The position numbers and the translations under genes are program-made. From assembly GCA_038153405.1 (NCBI GenBank), contig JAYOYH010000035.1:1-48085 (forward strand): a stretch of 48,085 nucleotides of DNA. The letters are read 5' to 3'. This DNA is from Gemmatimonadota bacterium (GTDB lineage Bacteria > Latescibacterota > UBA2968 > UBA8231). A model generated the notes under the pieces. It worked only from the letters and a program-made list of their open reading frames with translations. It did no database searches and had not been told where the DNA came from. Below are positions 16,248-25,146 of this stretch, piece after piece (positions within the stretch are counted from its first letter, which is position 1; every line of letters begins with the position of its first letter).

Positions 16248-17651
16248 GTGAAATACGTATTTGCCGCACTCATCGCCCTCTTTATCGCCCTATACGCCTA
16301 CGCCGTTGGCACGCTAGAGCGCGTGGGTGATCCCAGCAAAACGCAGGTGGTCTGGGCCAGCGACCCCAACCCGGCGCGCAGCAGGCAGATCGGCATTTTC
16401 TCCAATCTAAATCCCCAACTGGAGGGCATGGTAGAAAAGCTCGACGGCACGAAAATCATCGTGCGCTGCGCCACTGGCACCGGCCCCGACGTGGTCGACA
16501 TCTACGACGTATTCGAGTTGGCTACGTACGCCGAGGCGGGCATTTTGCTCGATCTAACTCCCTTCGCCGACAGCCTCGGCTTTGGCCTCGACAACACCTA
16601 CACCTCGCTGCGCGAAGGCCTCAGCTACGAGGGCAGGCAGTATCGCTTTCCGTGCAACGTGCACGCCAACGCCATCGTCTACAACAAGAAGGTATTGGAA
16701 GACCACGGCGCACCGCTGCCGCAGCCGGACTGGACCTGGGACGACTTTGTCGAAAGCGCGCTCGCTGTGCGCAACAATCCGTCGCGCAGCGGCGCCGAAC
16801 ACATTCCGCTGGCCAATTGGAATAGCGAGTGGATTTATCGCGACCTATTGGTCGGCCATGGAGGAGCGATCTTCACGCCCGACGGGCTGCACTCGCGCTT
16901 GGGGGAAGAGGCGGCGATGCGGGCGATGGAGCGCTTTCGCGATATGGCGCTCAAACACGATATCATGCCGACCTCGGCCGAGGCGCGCTCGCTCTCTTCG
17001 CAGGGCGGCTGGGGATCGGGTGGCATCGCCTGGTTTTTCAACCAGCAGGCCGCGTACCTGCACATCGGGCGCTGGGCCATCGTGCAAATACCCGTCTACC
17101 TACAGCGCAATCCGGACTTAGTGGAAAACATCGGAGCCGCCCGTCTGCCGCGCGTGCCCGGCCATCCCTCGCGCGGCATCGTCGGCACGCGCGCGGCCGG
17201 TATCAACGCCAAGACAAAGAATCCGCGCGCAGCGATGCGCTTTTTGCAGTATCTGGCCGGACGCCAGTATAGTGCGCTCATCGTCGAGGACGGCGACGGC
17301 CTGCCGCCCAACCCAGACATGGCGCAGGCGGGCGAGGACTTGGCCAATCAGATCGTGCCCGACCCGTCCTTTCACCAACCCTTTATCGACGCAGTTAGAG
17401 AGGGCGTGACGCTGCGCATGAGTCCGTTTATCGAGGCGCAAATCGTGCGGCGCTGGATGCTGGAAGCCGTTGAACAGGTGGAAAACGGCGCCGAACCGCG
17501 CGCAGCCATCGCGGGCGTGGCCGACGAAGTAGACGAGCGCATACGGCAGAACTTAGAGCGCCGCCCCATGCTGCAGGAAAAGTTCGAGCAGGTGACGGGT
17601 AGGCCCTATCGTGCAGACTGGTGGAAGGACGAGGTCGCGGTGCGACCGTAG
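16248..17651 (+). CDS. ABC transporter extracellular solute-binding protein (sugar-binding family 1)
   Basis: Hydrophobic N-terminus with no lipobox Cys. Motifs GTGPDVV, GILLDLTPF, AIVYNKKV, PDWTWDDF, AAMRFLQYL. Follows two permeases. Confidence 0.88.
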   Translation: MKYVFAALIALFIALYAYAVGTLERVGDPSKTQVVWASDPNPARSRQIGIFSNLNPQLEGMVEKLDGTKIIVRCATGTGPDVVDIYDVFELATYAEAGILLDLTPFADSLGFGLDNTYTSLREGLSYEGRQYRFPCNVHANAIVYNKKVLEDHGAPLPQPDWTWDDFVESALAVRNNPSRSGAEHIPLANWNSEWIYRDLLVGHGGAIFTPDGLHSRLGEEAAMRAMERFRDMALKHDIMPTSAEARSLSSQGGWGSGGIAWFFNQQAAYLHIGRWAIVQIPVYLQRNPDLVENIGAARLPRVPGHPSRGIVGTRAAGINAKTKNPRAAMRFLQYLAGRQYSALIVEDGDGLPPNPDMAQAGEDLANQIVPDPSFHQPFIDAVREGVTLRMSPFIEAQIVRRWMLEAVEQVENGAEPRAAIAGVADEVDERIRQNLERRPMLQEKFEQVTGRPYRADWWKDEVAVRP

Positions 17652-17667
17652 CCCGTTTCCAAGCGCG

Positions 17668-18204
17668 CTAGCGCAGCGCTCTGGCCAATGTTATGAGCGC
17701 TGCGGCCAGCTGGGCGATGCGCTCATGGATTTCTTCGCTGGCAACTCGCATATCCGATTGGCGATCGTTGGCAAAGTCGCCGCCGGTCGCATAGACAAAG
17801 CGCGGCACGATTAAGCAGCGAAAGTCGAGCATTAGGCTGTTGGCTAGCCCCATGATCGACATATAGCTGGAACGTCCACCCGCCGCACAGAGAAAGCCCA
17901 CGGGCTTGTCCGACCAGGCGCGGCCGGTCAGATCGACAACGTTTTTGACGGCGGCATTGGTGTCGTAGACGTAAATGGGAGCAGCTAGCGCGACGCCGTC
18001 GGCCGCCTGTATGCGCTCGATCAGCGCCAGCACGTCTGCCGTCTTGCAGTCGCCGGTGCCCGTGTGCAGCGGCAGATCGTGTTCGCGCAGGTCAATTAGG
18101 TCGGCGTCGACGCCGTGAGAGCGCACCGCTTCTTCGAAATGCCGCGCCAGCACATAGGACCGGCTCTGCGGATGCAGCGAACCGCTTATAATCGCAATAT
18201 TCAT
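17668..18204 (-). CDS. NAD(P)H-dependent FMN reductase (flavodoxin-like, SsuE/MsuE family)
   Basis: MNIAIISGSLHPQSRS, IDLREHDLP, ADGVALAAPIY..KNVVD, AAGGRSSY. Start moved to ATG 18204 because GGGAGA lies just upstream. Confidence 0.88.
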   Translation of the reverse strand: MNIAIISGSLHPQSRSYVLARHFEEAVRSHGVDADLIDLREHDLPLHTGTGDCKTADVLALIERIQAADGVALAAPIYVYDTNAAVKNVVDLTGRAWSDKPVGFLCAAGGRSSYMSIMGLANSLMLDFRCLIVPRFVYATGGDFANDRQSDMRVASEEIHERIAQLAAALITLARALR

Positions 18205-18307
18205 AGTTCTCCCAAAACGCGCACAGGAGTCACAGGCGCCGTGCAACGCAGTCCAGGCCGAGCTGCGCGTTGGATAAAAGTGCCAAGAAAGACGCGCCGT
18301 ATCAAGG

Positions 18308-18336
18308 TGGACGACAGCGGCGCAATTTCCTAAGCT
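18308..18336 (+). promoter_or_regulatory. Candidate sigma70-type promoter for the amidohydrolase-GHL10 pair
   Basis: TGGACG, 17 nt spacer, TAAGCT in the divergent intergenic region. AAGGGGA upstream of ATG 18370. Confidence 0.35.
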
Positions 18337-18369
18337 CTATGCCCAAACTCATCAAAGGGGACGGTTGGC

Positions 18370-19527
18370 ATGACATACGATGTGCTGTTAAAAGGCGGCC
18401 GCGTCATCGATCCTAAAAACGGCGTTGATGCGCTGGCCAACGTGGCGATAACAGACGGTAAAATCGCCGCCGTCGGCAAAGAAGTCGATGGCGAAGCGAC
18501 CAAGACGCTCGACGTGACGGGATACTATGTGACGCCGGGCCTCATCGACATTCACCTACACGCCTACGGCCGCTTTTTCGCCTGGCTACACCCCGATCAA
18601 CAGTGCCTGCCCTACGGCGTTACAACCTGCGTCGATACGGGCAGTTCGGGCTGGCAACACTTTGAAGACTTCGTCAATACGATTATCGCCAAGTCGACCA
18701 CGCGCGTGTTGGCCTTTATCAATATCGTTGGTGCCGGCATGGCCGGTGCCTGCGAACAGGACGTGAGCGAGATGATCGCCGAACCGTGCGCCGATATGAT
18801 CAAGCAGTATCCCGAGCACGTCGTTGGCTCCAAGTCAGCCCACTACTACGGACCGGGTTGGGAAGCGGCGCAGGGCGGTATTGACGCAGCGCGCATGAGC
18901 GATACAATCACCATGATCGACTTTGCTCCCAAGCCCGAGCGCAGCTACGAAGAGCTCCTCATCGAGCGCATGGCGCCCGGCGATATCCACACCCATCTCT
19001 ACGCCTCGCATATCCCGCTGCTCGACGAAGGCAAGCAAATCAACGCCTACGTGCGCGCAGCGCGCGACAAGGGCGTGATTTTCGACACGGGCCACGGCGG
19101 GGGCTCGTTTTGGTTTCGCATTGCCGTGCCGGCTATGCAGCAGGGCTTTCCACCCGACACCATCAGCACCGATCTACACACCGGCAGCCGCATGCGTCCC
19201 AACGCGACCATGGTTTCGACGATGGACAAGTTCCTCGCTATGGGCATGCCGTTAAACGAGGTCGTCTACCGGTCTACGCAGCGCCCGGCCGAAGTGATTC
19301 GCCGCCCCGAGCTCGGCCATATTGGCGTCGGTGCCGAAGCCGATGTCGCCGTGCTGGAAATCGAAGAAGGGCAATACGGCCTAGTCGATTCTGGGCGAGC
19401 GCGCATGGGCGCCACGCAGAAAACGTCGTGTCGCGTCACGCTGCGCGCCGGTCAGGTGGTCTGGGACGAATACGGACTGAGCTGTCCGCGCTGGGAAGAG
19501 GCGGGCGACTACAAGATGCTGCAGTAG
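18370..19527 (+). CDS. Amidohydrolase/deacetylase family metallohydrolase (dihydroorotase-like fold)
   Basis: LLKGGRVIDP, TPGLIDIHLH metal motif, GVTTCVDTGSSG, GDIHTH, FDTGHGGGSF, PDTISTDLH, GAEADVAVL. Confidence 0.88.
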   Translation: MTYDVLLKGGRVIDPKNGVDALANVAITDGKIAAVGKEVDGEATKTLDVTGYYVTPGLIDIHLHAYGRFFAWLHPDQQCLPYGVTTCVDTGSSGWQHFEDFVNTIIAKSTTRVLAFINIVGAGMAGACEQDVSEMIAEPCADMIKQYPEHVVGSKSAHYYGPGWEAAQGGIDAARMSDTITMIDFAPKPERSYEELLIERMAPGDIHTHLYASHIPLLDEGKQINAYVRAARDKGVIFDTGHGGGSFWFRIAVPAMQQGFPPDTISTDLHTGSRMRPNATMVSTMDKFLAMGMPLNEVVYRSTQRPAEVIRRPELGHIGVGAEADVAVLEIEEGQYGLVDSGRARMGATQKTSCRVTLRAGQVVWDEYGLSCPRWEEAGDYKMLQ

Positions 19528-19542
19528 AAAGGCGGAATTACT

Positions 19543-21117
19543 ATGCGGCATCGGCCGCTGCTCCAACTGGCCCTGCTGGCGTTCGCACTGAGCGCCGGCT
19601 GCGCCCTTCTACAGCCGCGAAAAATGGACCGAGACGCCGACATTCCTCTCATTGAGCGCGAGTTTCGCGCCGTATGGGTGGCCACCGTCGCTAATATAGA
19701 CTGGCCCTCCGAGCCAGGCTTGGACAGCGAGAGACAAAAGGCCGAAGCCATCGCCCTGCTCGACACGGCGGCGCAGATGGGCCTAAACGCCGTCGTGTTT
19801 CAGGTGCGACCGCAGTGCGATGCGCTCTATGCCAGCCGCACCGAGCCTTGGTCCTACTTTCTCAGCGGCGAGCAGGGCAAGGCACCGGAGCCCTACTACG
19901 ATCCGCTGGCCTTCTGGATTGCCGAGGCACACGCGCGCGGTATGGAGCTGCACGCCTGGTTCAATCCCTACCGCGCTCACCATCCCCAAGGCGGCCCCGT
20001 CGGCCCGCGCTCGCTGATCAACAAGCGCCCCGACCTAGCGCTGCAACTGGGCGAAGAGGGCTATTGGTGGCTCGATCCAGGCAAGCAGGAGACCCAAGAC
20101 CACGCCTACGCAGTCGTCATGGACGTGCTGCGTCGCTACGACATCGACGGCATCCACTTCGACGACTACTTCTATCCCTATCCCTCCTATAACGACGGGC
20201 GCGACTTTCCCGACGACGAGAGCTGGTCAGCCTATCGGCGCAGCGGCGGCAAGCTCAGTCTGGGCGACTGGCGCCGCGACAACGTCAATCGCTTTATAGA
20301 GCGGCTATACGAAGGCATAAAAAAGGAAAAGGCGCACGTCAAATTCGGACTGAGCCCCTTTGGCATATGGCGACCGGGCCATCCCAATTCCATTCGCGGT
20401 CTCGACCAGTATGACGTGCTCTACGCCGACGCGCGGCTGTGGCTGCAGCGGGGCTGGCTCGACTACCTCTCGCCGCAGCTCTACTGGCCCATTCGCCAAG
20501 TGCCGCAGAGCTATCCCATGCTCCTAGCCTGGTGGGTACAGCAAAACGCCCGGGGGCGCCACGTGTGGCCGGGACTCTATGCCAGCGGCATCGAAGAGCC
20601 TCGCGGCGCCGACGAAATCGTCAATCAGGTAATGGTCGCGCGCGCGCTGGCACCGGCGGGAGCTGGCCACGTGCACTTTAGCATGAAAGCGCTGCGCGAA
20701 AATCGCGGCGGTATCGTCGATTCGCTCATGGCACAGCCCTATGCGCAGACCGCGCTAGTCCCGGCTTCACCTTGGCTCGACAGCCGCGCTCCGGACACCC
20801 CCTCGCTCAAAATTGACGTGCAGGGCGAACAGGTGCGCGTGCAGTGGGCACACGCCAATGTGGGAGACGTCAACCGCTGGATCGTCTACCGACGGCGCGG
20901 CGCACGCTGGGACTATGCGCTCTTTCACCGCGACGTGCGCGAAACGCTGATCCCCGTGGTCCAACCGAGCACCGCAGAGGACGAGGCCGCCATCCCACAG
21001 CGGCTGGACGAAATTGCCGTATCGGCGCTGGACCGGCTGGGCAACGAGAGCGCCAAAGCGCGCATAGCACTGGGGGATTTATCCTATTTGGTGGGTACTT
21101 CTAGCGAAGGACCGTAG
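19543..21117 (+). CDS. Family 10-like glycosyl hydrolase lipoprotein (GHL10 / YddW-like)
   Basis: Lipobox LSAGC. REFRAVWVATVANIDWPS, LNAVVFQVRP, ELHAWFNPYR, YDIDGIHFDDYFYPY, FGLSPFGIW, DYLSPQLYW. FN3-like C-terminal segment (VSALDRLGNES). Confidence 0.9.
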   Translation: MRHRPLLQLALLAFALSAGCALLQPRKMDRDADIPLIEREFRAVWVATVANIDWPSEPGLDSERQKAEAIALLDTAAQMGLNAVVFQVRPQCDALYASRTEPWSYFLSGEQGKAPEPYYDPLAFWIAEAHARGMELHAWFNPYRAHHPQGGPVGPRSLINKRPDLALQLGEEGYWWLDPGKQETQDHAYAVVMDVLRRYDIDGIHFDDYFYPYPSYNDGRDFPDDESWSAYRRSGGKLSLGDWRRDNVNRFIERLYEGIKKEKAHVKFGLSPFGIWRPGHPNSIRGLDQYDVLYADARLWLQRGWLDYLSPQLYWPIRQVPQSYPMLLAWWVQQNARGRHVWPGLYASGIEEPRGADEIVNQVMVARALAPAGAGHVHFSMKALRENRGGIVDSLMAQPYAQTALVPASPWLDSRAPDTPSLKIDVQGEQVRVQWAHANVGDVNRWIVYRRRGARWDYALFHRDVRETLIPVVQPSTAEDEAAIPQRLDEIAVSALDRLGNESAKARIALGDLSYLVGTSSEGP

Positions 21118-22413
21118 CGCCTCGACCAGATCGCGCTCAACCCCCACGCAACCTGCCTGTCCCCTCTGGTCAAGTTGTTCAGCCGGGTCTTCTAACAGAT
21201 CGTACAGCGCCCCCCTAGCTCCATCGTCCCACTCCACCAATTTGTAGCGCCCGTCAAAGGCGACGCGCCAATTGTCCAGCGCCGAATGCACGCACGCGCG
21301 CGTTGCATCCGCCTCGCCGCTGAGCAACGGCCACAGCGAGCGGCTTTCCATCGCGGGCAGCATTTTAGCCTGTCCGACCTCCAGAAACGTGGCCACTAAG
21401 TCGAGAATCGTCGCCGGCGCGGTCACCGTTCGACCGGCTTCCACTCCGGGACCGGCCACCGTCAGCGGCACGCCGATGGAGGGCTGGTGCGGCAGCGATT
21501 TGCCCCAGCGGTCGTGGTCGCCGAGCATTTCGCCGTGGTCGCTGCTAAAAACGACGAGCGTGCGGTCGCGCTCGCCGCGCTGATCCAACGCCTCCATGTA
21601 CGACCCGATCCAGCGGTCGATATTTTCCACCATCGCCGCGTAGTTGCGCCGCACCTCCAGCAGGGCATCAGGCGGATCATCGCCGGCAGCACTGGGCTGG
21701 GGAAATTCAGCCTCCGCGTAGAGCGCTTTCATGCGCTCAGTGATATCCCAGGGATTGTGCGGCCCGGTAAAGTTGACCTGGAGAAACCACGGTCTGTCGG
21801 CCGGCGCGGCCGCGAGCAGGTCGAGTCCGTTTTGGCCGATCCAGTTGTCGCAATAGGCATCGTCGGGCAGCGGGGTAGCAAAGGAAGACAGCTTGGTGCG
21901 GCGGGCAAAATCGTCGATATGGGCCAGGCGCAGGCCGCGCTCCTCTAAGAACTGCAGATAGGGACCTTGCGGTTTTTCGCGTCCACTATTGGCTCCGTCC
22001 ATCTTGCCCTCGTTATTTATACCGGCGCTAAAACCCCATTCACTGAGATGGGCTCGACCGTCCAACCCCCACGCCGGACGACGCGCAATGCAGTCGCCTT
22101 TGTTGAGGTCGAGCTTGCCGCAGGCCATAGTGTGATACCCCGCCTCGCGCAGCCGCGTGTAGAGGGTCGGCTGATCGAGCGGCACGTTGTCGCCGTTTCC
22201 CTGCACTGGAGAGCGCGGATACTCGCGACCCGTTGCGAGGATGGCCCGACAGGGCGCGCACAGCGGCGAAGGGCAGACGGCATTCGCAAAGCGCGTCCCG
22301 CGCGCATCGAGCGCATTGAGATGGGGCGTGCGCAGCGGCAGTTCCGGATTGGCACCGGTCCAATCGTGGCGCAGCTGATCGGGAAATAAGAGCAGTATAT
22401 TGGGTTTTTGCAT
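21079..22413 (-). CDS. Sulfatase-family (formylglycine-dependent) hydrolase
   Basis: Start trimmed to MQKPNILLLFPDQLR. CxPxR motif (LCAPCRAILATGR), PHNPWD, VFSSDHGEMLGDH, LYDLLEDPAE. No signal peptide. Confidence 0.9.
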   Translation of the reverse strand: MQKPNILLLFPDQLRHDWTGANPELPLRTPHLNALDARGTRFANAVCPSPLCAPCRAILATGREYPRSPVQGNGDNVPLDQPTLYTRLREAGYHTMACGKLDLNKGDCIARRPAWGLDGRAHLSEWGFSAGINNEGKMDGANSGREKPQGPYLQFLEERGLRLAHIDDFARRTKLSSFATPLPDDAYCDNWIGQNGLDLLAAAPADRPWFLQVNFTGPHNPWDITERMKALYAEAEFPQPSAAGDDPPDALLEVRRNYAAMVENIDRWIGSYMEALDQRGERDRTLVVFSSDHGEMLGDHDRWGKSLPHQPSIGVPLTVAGPGVEAGRTVTAPATILDLVATFLEVGQAKMLPAMESRSLWPLLSGEADATRACVHSALDNWRVAFDGRYKLVEWDDGARGALYDLLEDPAEQLDQRGQAGCVGVERDLVEALRSFARSTHQIG

Positions 22414-22549
22414 ATCGATTCCGTCCAGTTTATCTGCTTGTGTATGTCGATCGTGCGCTACGGAGCCGGTATGGATGAATGCGTGAACCTGCCGCGCAGC
22501 GCACAGCCTACTACGGCAGCGCAGCGCAACTAACTTCAAGGAACGTACT

Positions 22550-24175
22550 ATGCCTAGCGGACAAGTGCTCTACTACGCATCGCAGCTCGATCAGACGCTG
22601 CAGCCTCTGCCCATTTGCACCAGCGCAAACCGCGCTGCGCCCATGCCGCTAATTCTCGACCTGAGCCCGGGCGCCATTTCCGATTTGGGGCAGTCAGCGC
22701 GGCGCTGCGCCGAATTTGTGCGCTTTGCGGAAGACGCCGGCCACGAAGCCGTTATCGCCAAGCCGTGCGGTCGCGGCCCCGGCAGCGTCTACCAAGGCCC
22801 AGGCGAAGTCGACCTTTTTGAAGCAATCGACTTTATCTGCGCCCACTATCCCATCGATCCGCAGCGCATCAGCCTGATGGGCGGTTCTATGGGCGGGGCG
22901 GCTACCTGGTATATCGCCTCGCACTATCCCGACCGCTTTGCCGCCGCCGCGCCCTTTTGCGGCTACTGCGACTATACCCTGTGGACCAAACCGGGTGGAC
23001 TTATCATGCGAACTATGCCCTGGGAGGAATACTCCTGGCAGAGCCGCGGTGCGGCCTACCGCGCCGCCAACCTCTCCAATATAGCCGTGTGGATGACGCA
23101 CGGCGAATGGGATATTGGCATCGGCGGCGGCGTGCCGATTGAGCACTCGCGGCAAATGGCGCAGCGCTTTGACCAACTCGGTATTTCCTACGAATTCACC
23201 GTCATGCCCGAATGCGGCCACAGCTGCATGGTCGAAGAGCAGCTGCGCCGCGTCGTTCCGTGGCTGTGCCAACAGCGGCGCCGGCAGCACCCAGAGCGCG
23301 TGCGGCTAGTGGCCCATACGCTGCGCCACAGCCGTTCTTATTGGCTGTCGATCGACGCGTTTGAAGCATACGGCACGCCGGCGCACATCGATGCCCATAT
23401 CGTCGGCGATGCGCTGAGCATAGAGACCGAAAACGTCCTGCGTTTTTCTATCGGCCCGGTGCCCCAACGGCGCGCCGTCCGCCTCGACCTGCCCGGCGTC
23501 GAATCCCAGCGATTCGACTTTTCACAGGCGACCCATTCCTTCGTCCGCGCTGGCCACGGCTGGAGGACGGACGAACAGCACGCGCTGCCCTCGGGGGTGA
23601 AACGGCGCGCACAGTCCGGACCCTTTGCCGACCTGTTCTTCGCACCCCTGTATATCGTCAAGGGAACGCACGGCAGCGCCCAAGAAAACTTTTTACAACA
23701 GTGGATGGCCGAAAACATTCCCGGCTATTTCAGGCAGACCAACGGCGGCGTCCATCGAGGCATATTCAATGGCGATAGCTACTACGACATCTCCGTTATC
23801 GACGACGAAGCCCTCTCAAACGACGCGCTCCACGGCGCCAACCTGCTGCTGTGGGGCACCGATCGCTCCAACTCGGTGCTGGCTCGGTTTATAGACCAAC
23901 TGCCGCTTTCCTTCGCGCCGGATGGCATAACAGTTGGCGGACAAACCTTTGTCGGGCAGCACGTCGGCCTAGCCGCTTGCTTTCCCCATCCGCTCAACGC
24001 ACAGCGCTATATGGCCGTCGTCGGCGGCGTATCGCCCGAAAGCATCACCAACGCCACCCACCTCAACCTGCAGTTGCTACCAGACTACTTGGTATGGGAC
24101 GCCGACCAGGTCTTGGCATACGGCCATTTCGATGCAGCCTGGCGCTGCACGCCAATAGAAGCGGCCGCAGTATAA
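22550..24175 (+). CDS. Alpha/beta hydrolase (prolyl oligopeptidase / esterase-like) with an uncharacterised C-terminal domain
   Basis: AAGGA SD. IDPQRISLMGGSMGG nucleophile elbow, THGEWD and PECGH give a plausible Ser-Asp-His triad. About 290 aa of C-terminal extension. Confidence 0.82.
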   Translation: MPSGQVLYYASQLDQTLQPLPICTSANRAAPMPLILDLSPGAISDLGQSARRCAEFVRFAEDAGHEAVIAKPCGRGPGSVYQGPGEVDLFEAIDFICAHYPIDPQRISLMGGSMGGAATWYIASHYPDRFAAAAPFCGYCDYTLWTKPGGLIMRTMPWEEYSWQSRGAAYRAANLSNIAVWMTHGEWDIGIGGGVPIEHSRQMAQRFDQLGISYEFTVMPECGHSCMVEEQLRRVVPWLCQQRRRQHPERVRLVAHTLRHSRSYWLSIDAFEAYGTPAHIDAHIVGDALSIETENVLRFSIGPVPQRRAVRLDLPGVESQRFDFSQATHSFVRAGHGWRTDEQHALPSGVKRRAQSGPFADLFFAPLYIVKGTHGSAQENFLQQWMAENIPGYFRQTNGGVHRGIFNGDSYYDISVIDDEALSNDALHGANLLLWGTDRSNSVLARFIDQLPLSFAPDGITVGGQTFVGQHVGLAACFPHPLNAQRYMAVVGGVSPESITNATHLNLQLLPDYLVWDADQVLAYGHFDAAWRCTPIEAAAV

Positions 24176-24208
24176 GCGCCGATTCATTGCCGCGCGATCG
24201 GCGGCGCA

Positions 24209-24988
24209 TCAGGCCGTATACAGGTCGGGGCGGCGCGTGGTCAGATGCGAGCCACCGGGCGAATGGCGCAGTGCATCGACCTGCGACAGATCAATATCTG
24301 TGATCGAGTAGCGGGTTTCGGCACCGTTATCGTCGCAGAGAATATCGCCATTGGGTGCGGTGACCAACGACTGTTGTGGATGGGTAAAAGCAATGGCGAT
24401 TTCGCTCTCGTACGAGCGGCAACGCACGATATAGAGGTTGCGCTCGTCGTGCATGCCATAGGTTGGATTGAAAATTACCCGCGCGCCCTTGAGCGCCAGC
24501 GTGCGCACCGTTTCTGGCCAGCGGCGATCGGCGCAGATCATTACGCCAAACGGGCCAAAGTCGGACGAGAATACCGGCAGGCGCTGACCAATGGCATATT
24601 TGGTATCCTCCGCCATCAGATGCGTCTTGTCGTACCAGTCGACGAGTTCGCCGGAGCGATTGAGGATCAGCGCCGTATTGTAGGCCCCCTCGGGCGCCCG
24701 GCGAGTGCAGCCAAATACGACCCACGCGCCGCGCTGCCGCGCCCACGCCGATAGCGCGTTGACATACGGGCTGTCGTGCGGATCGATGGCATAGGCACTG
24801 AGATCGGCGGCCGTAACCGCCTTCTCGGTGACGATATAGCCATCGAGAAAACACTCCGGCGTAATGAGCACGTCAAACCGCTCGTTTTCCATCTCCTTCA
24901 GAATGGACATCAGCGCGCGAAAATTTTCCTCCAACTTGCCCTTTTCGGGCACCGCCCGCACCTGTGCAACGCGAATGACGTTTTCCAT
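24209..24988 (-). CDS. Carbon-nitrogen hydrolase (nitrilase superfamily)
   Basis: Glu-Lys-Cys triad motifs TPECFLDGY, YDKTHL and GVMICADRRWPE. Also YNTA and LALKGA. Confidence 0.9.
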   Translation of the reverse strand: MENVIRVAQVRAVPEKGKLEENFRALMSILKEMENERFDVLITPECFLDGYIVTEKAVTAADLSAYAIDPHDSPYVNALSAWARQRGAWVVFGCTRRAPEGAYNTALILNRSGELVDWYDKTHLMAEDTKYAIGQRLPVFSSDFGPFGVMICADRRWPETVRTLALKGARVIFNPTYGMHDERNLYIVRCRSYESEIAIAFTHPQQSLVTAPNGDILCDDNGAETRYSITDIDLSQVDALRHSPGGSHLTTRRPDLYTA

Positions 24989-25146
24989 CTGATCTCAAGC
25001 CTCCGTTGGCCGCATTTCGCAGCGATCAGGGCGCACGCCGGTTGGATTGGCACCTATCTGCTGCGCGCCGTTTGCATTGTGCTCCATAAGATATGGCCTT
25101 TGCTATCAGTGCGTAAAATCGCGGCCGTACTTAAGTTATATGACCC

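Noticed and set aside
22414..22539. Long N-terminal extensions given by the ORF track for the sulfatase (to 22539) and the FMN reductase (to 18246)
   Set aside because: Family motifs begin at ATG 22413 and ATG 18204. The extensions would fill divergent promoter regions.
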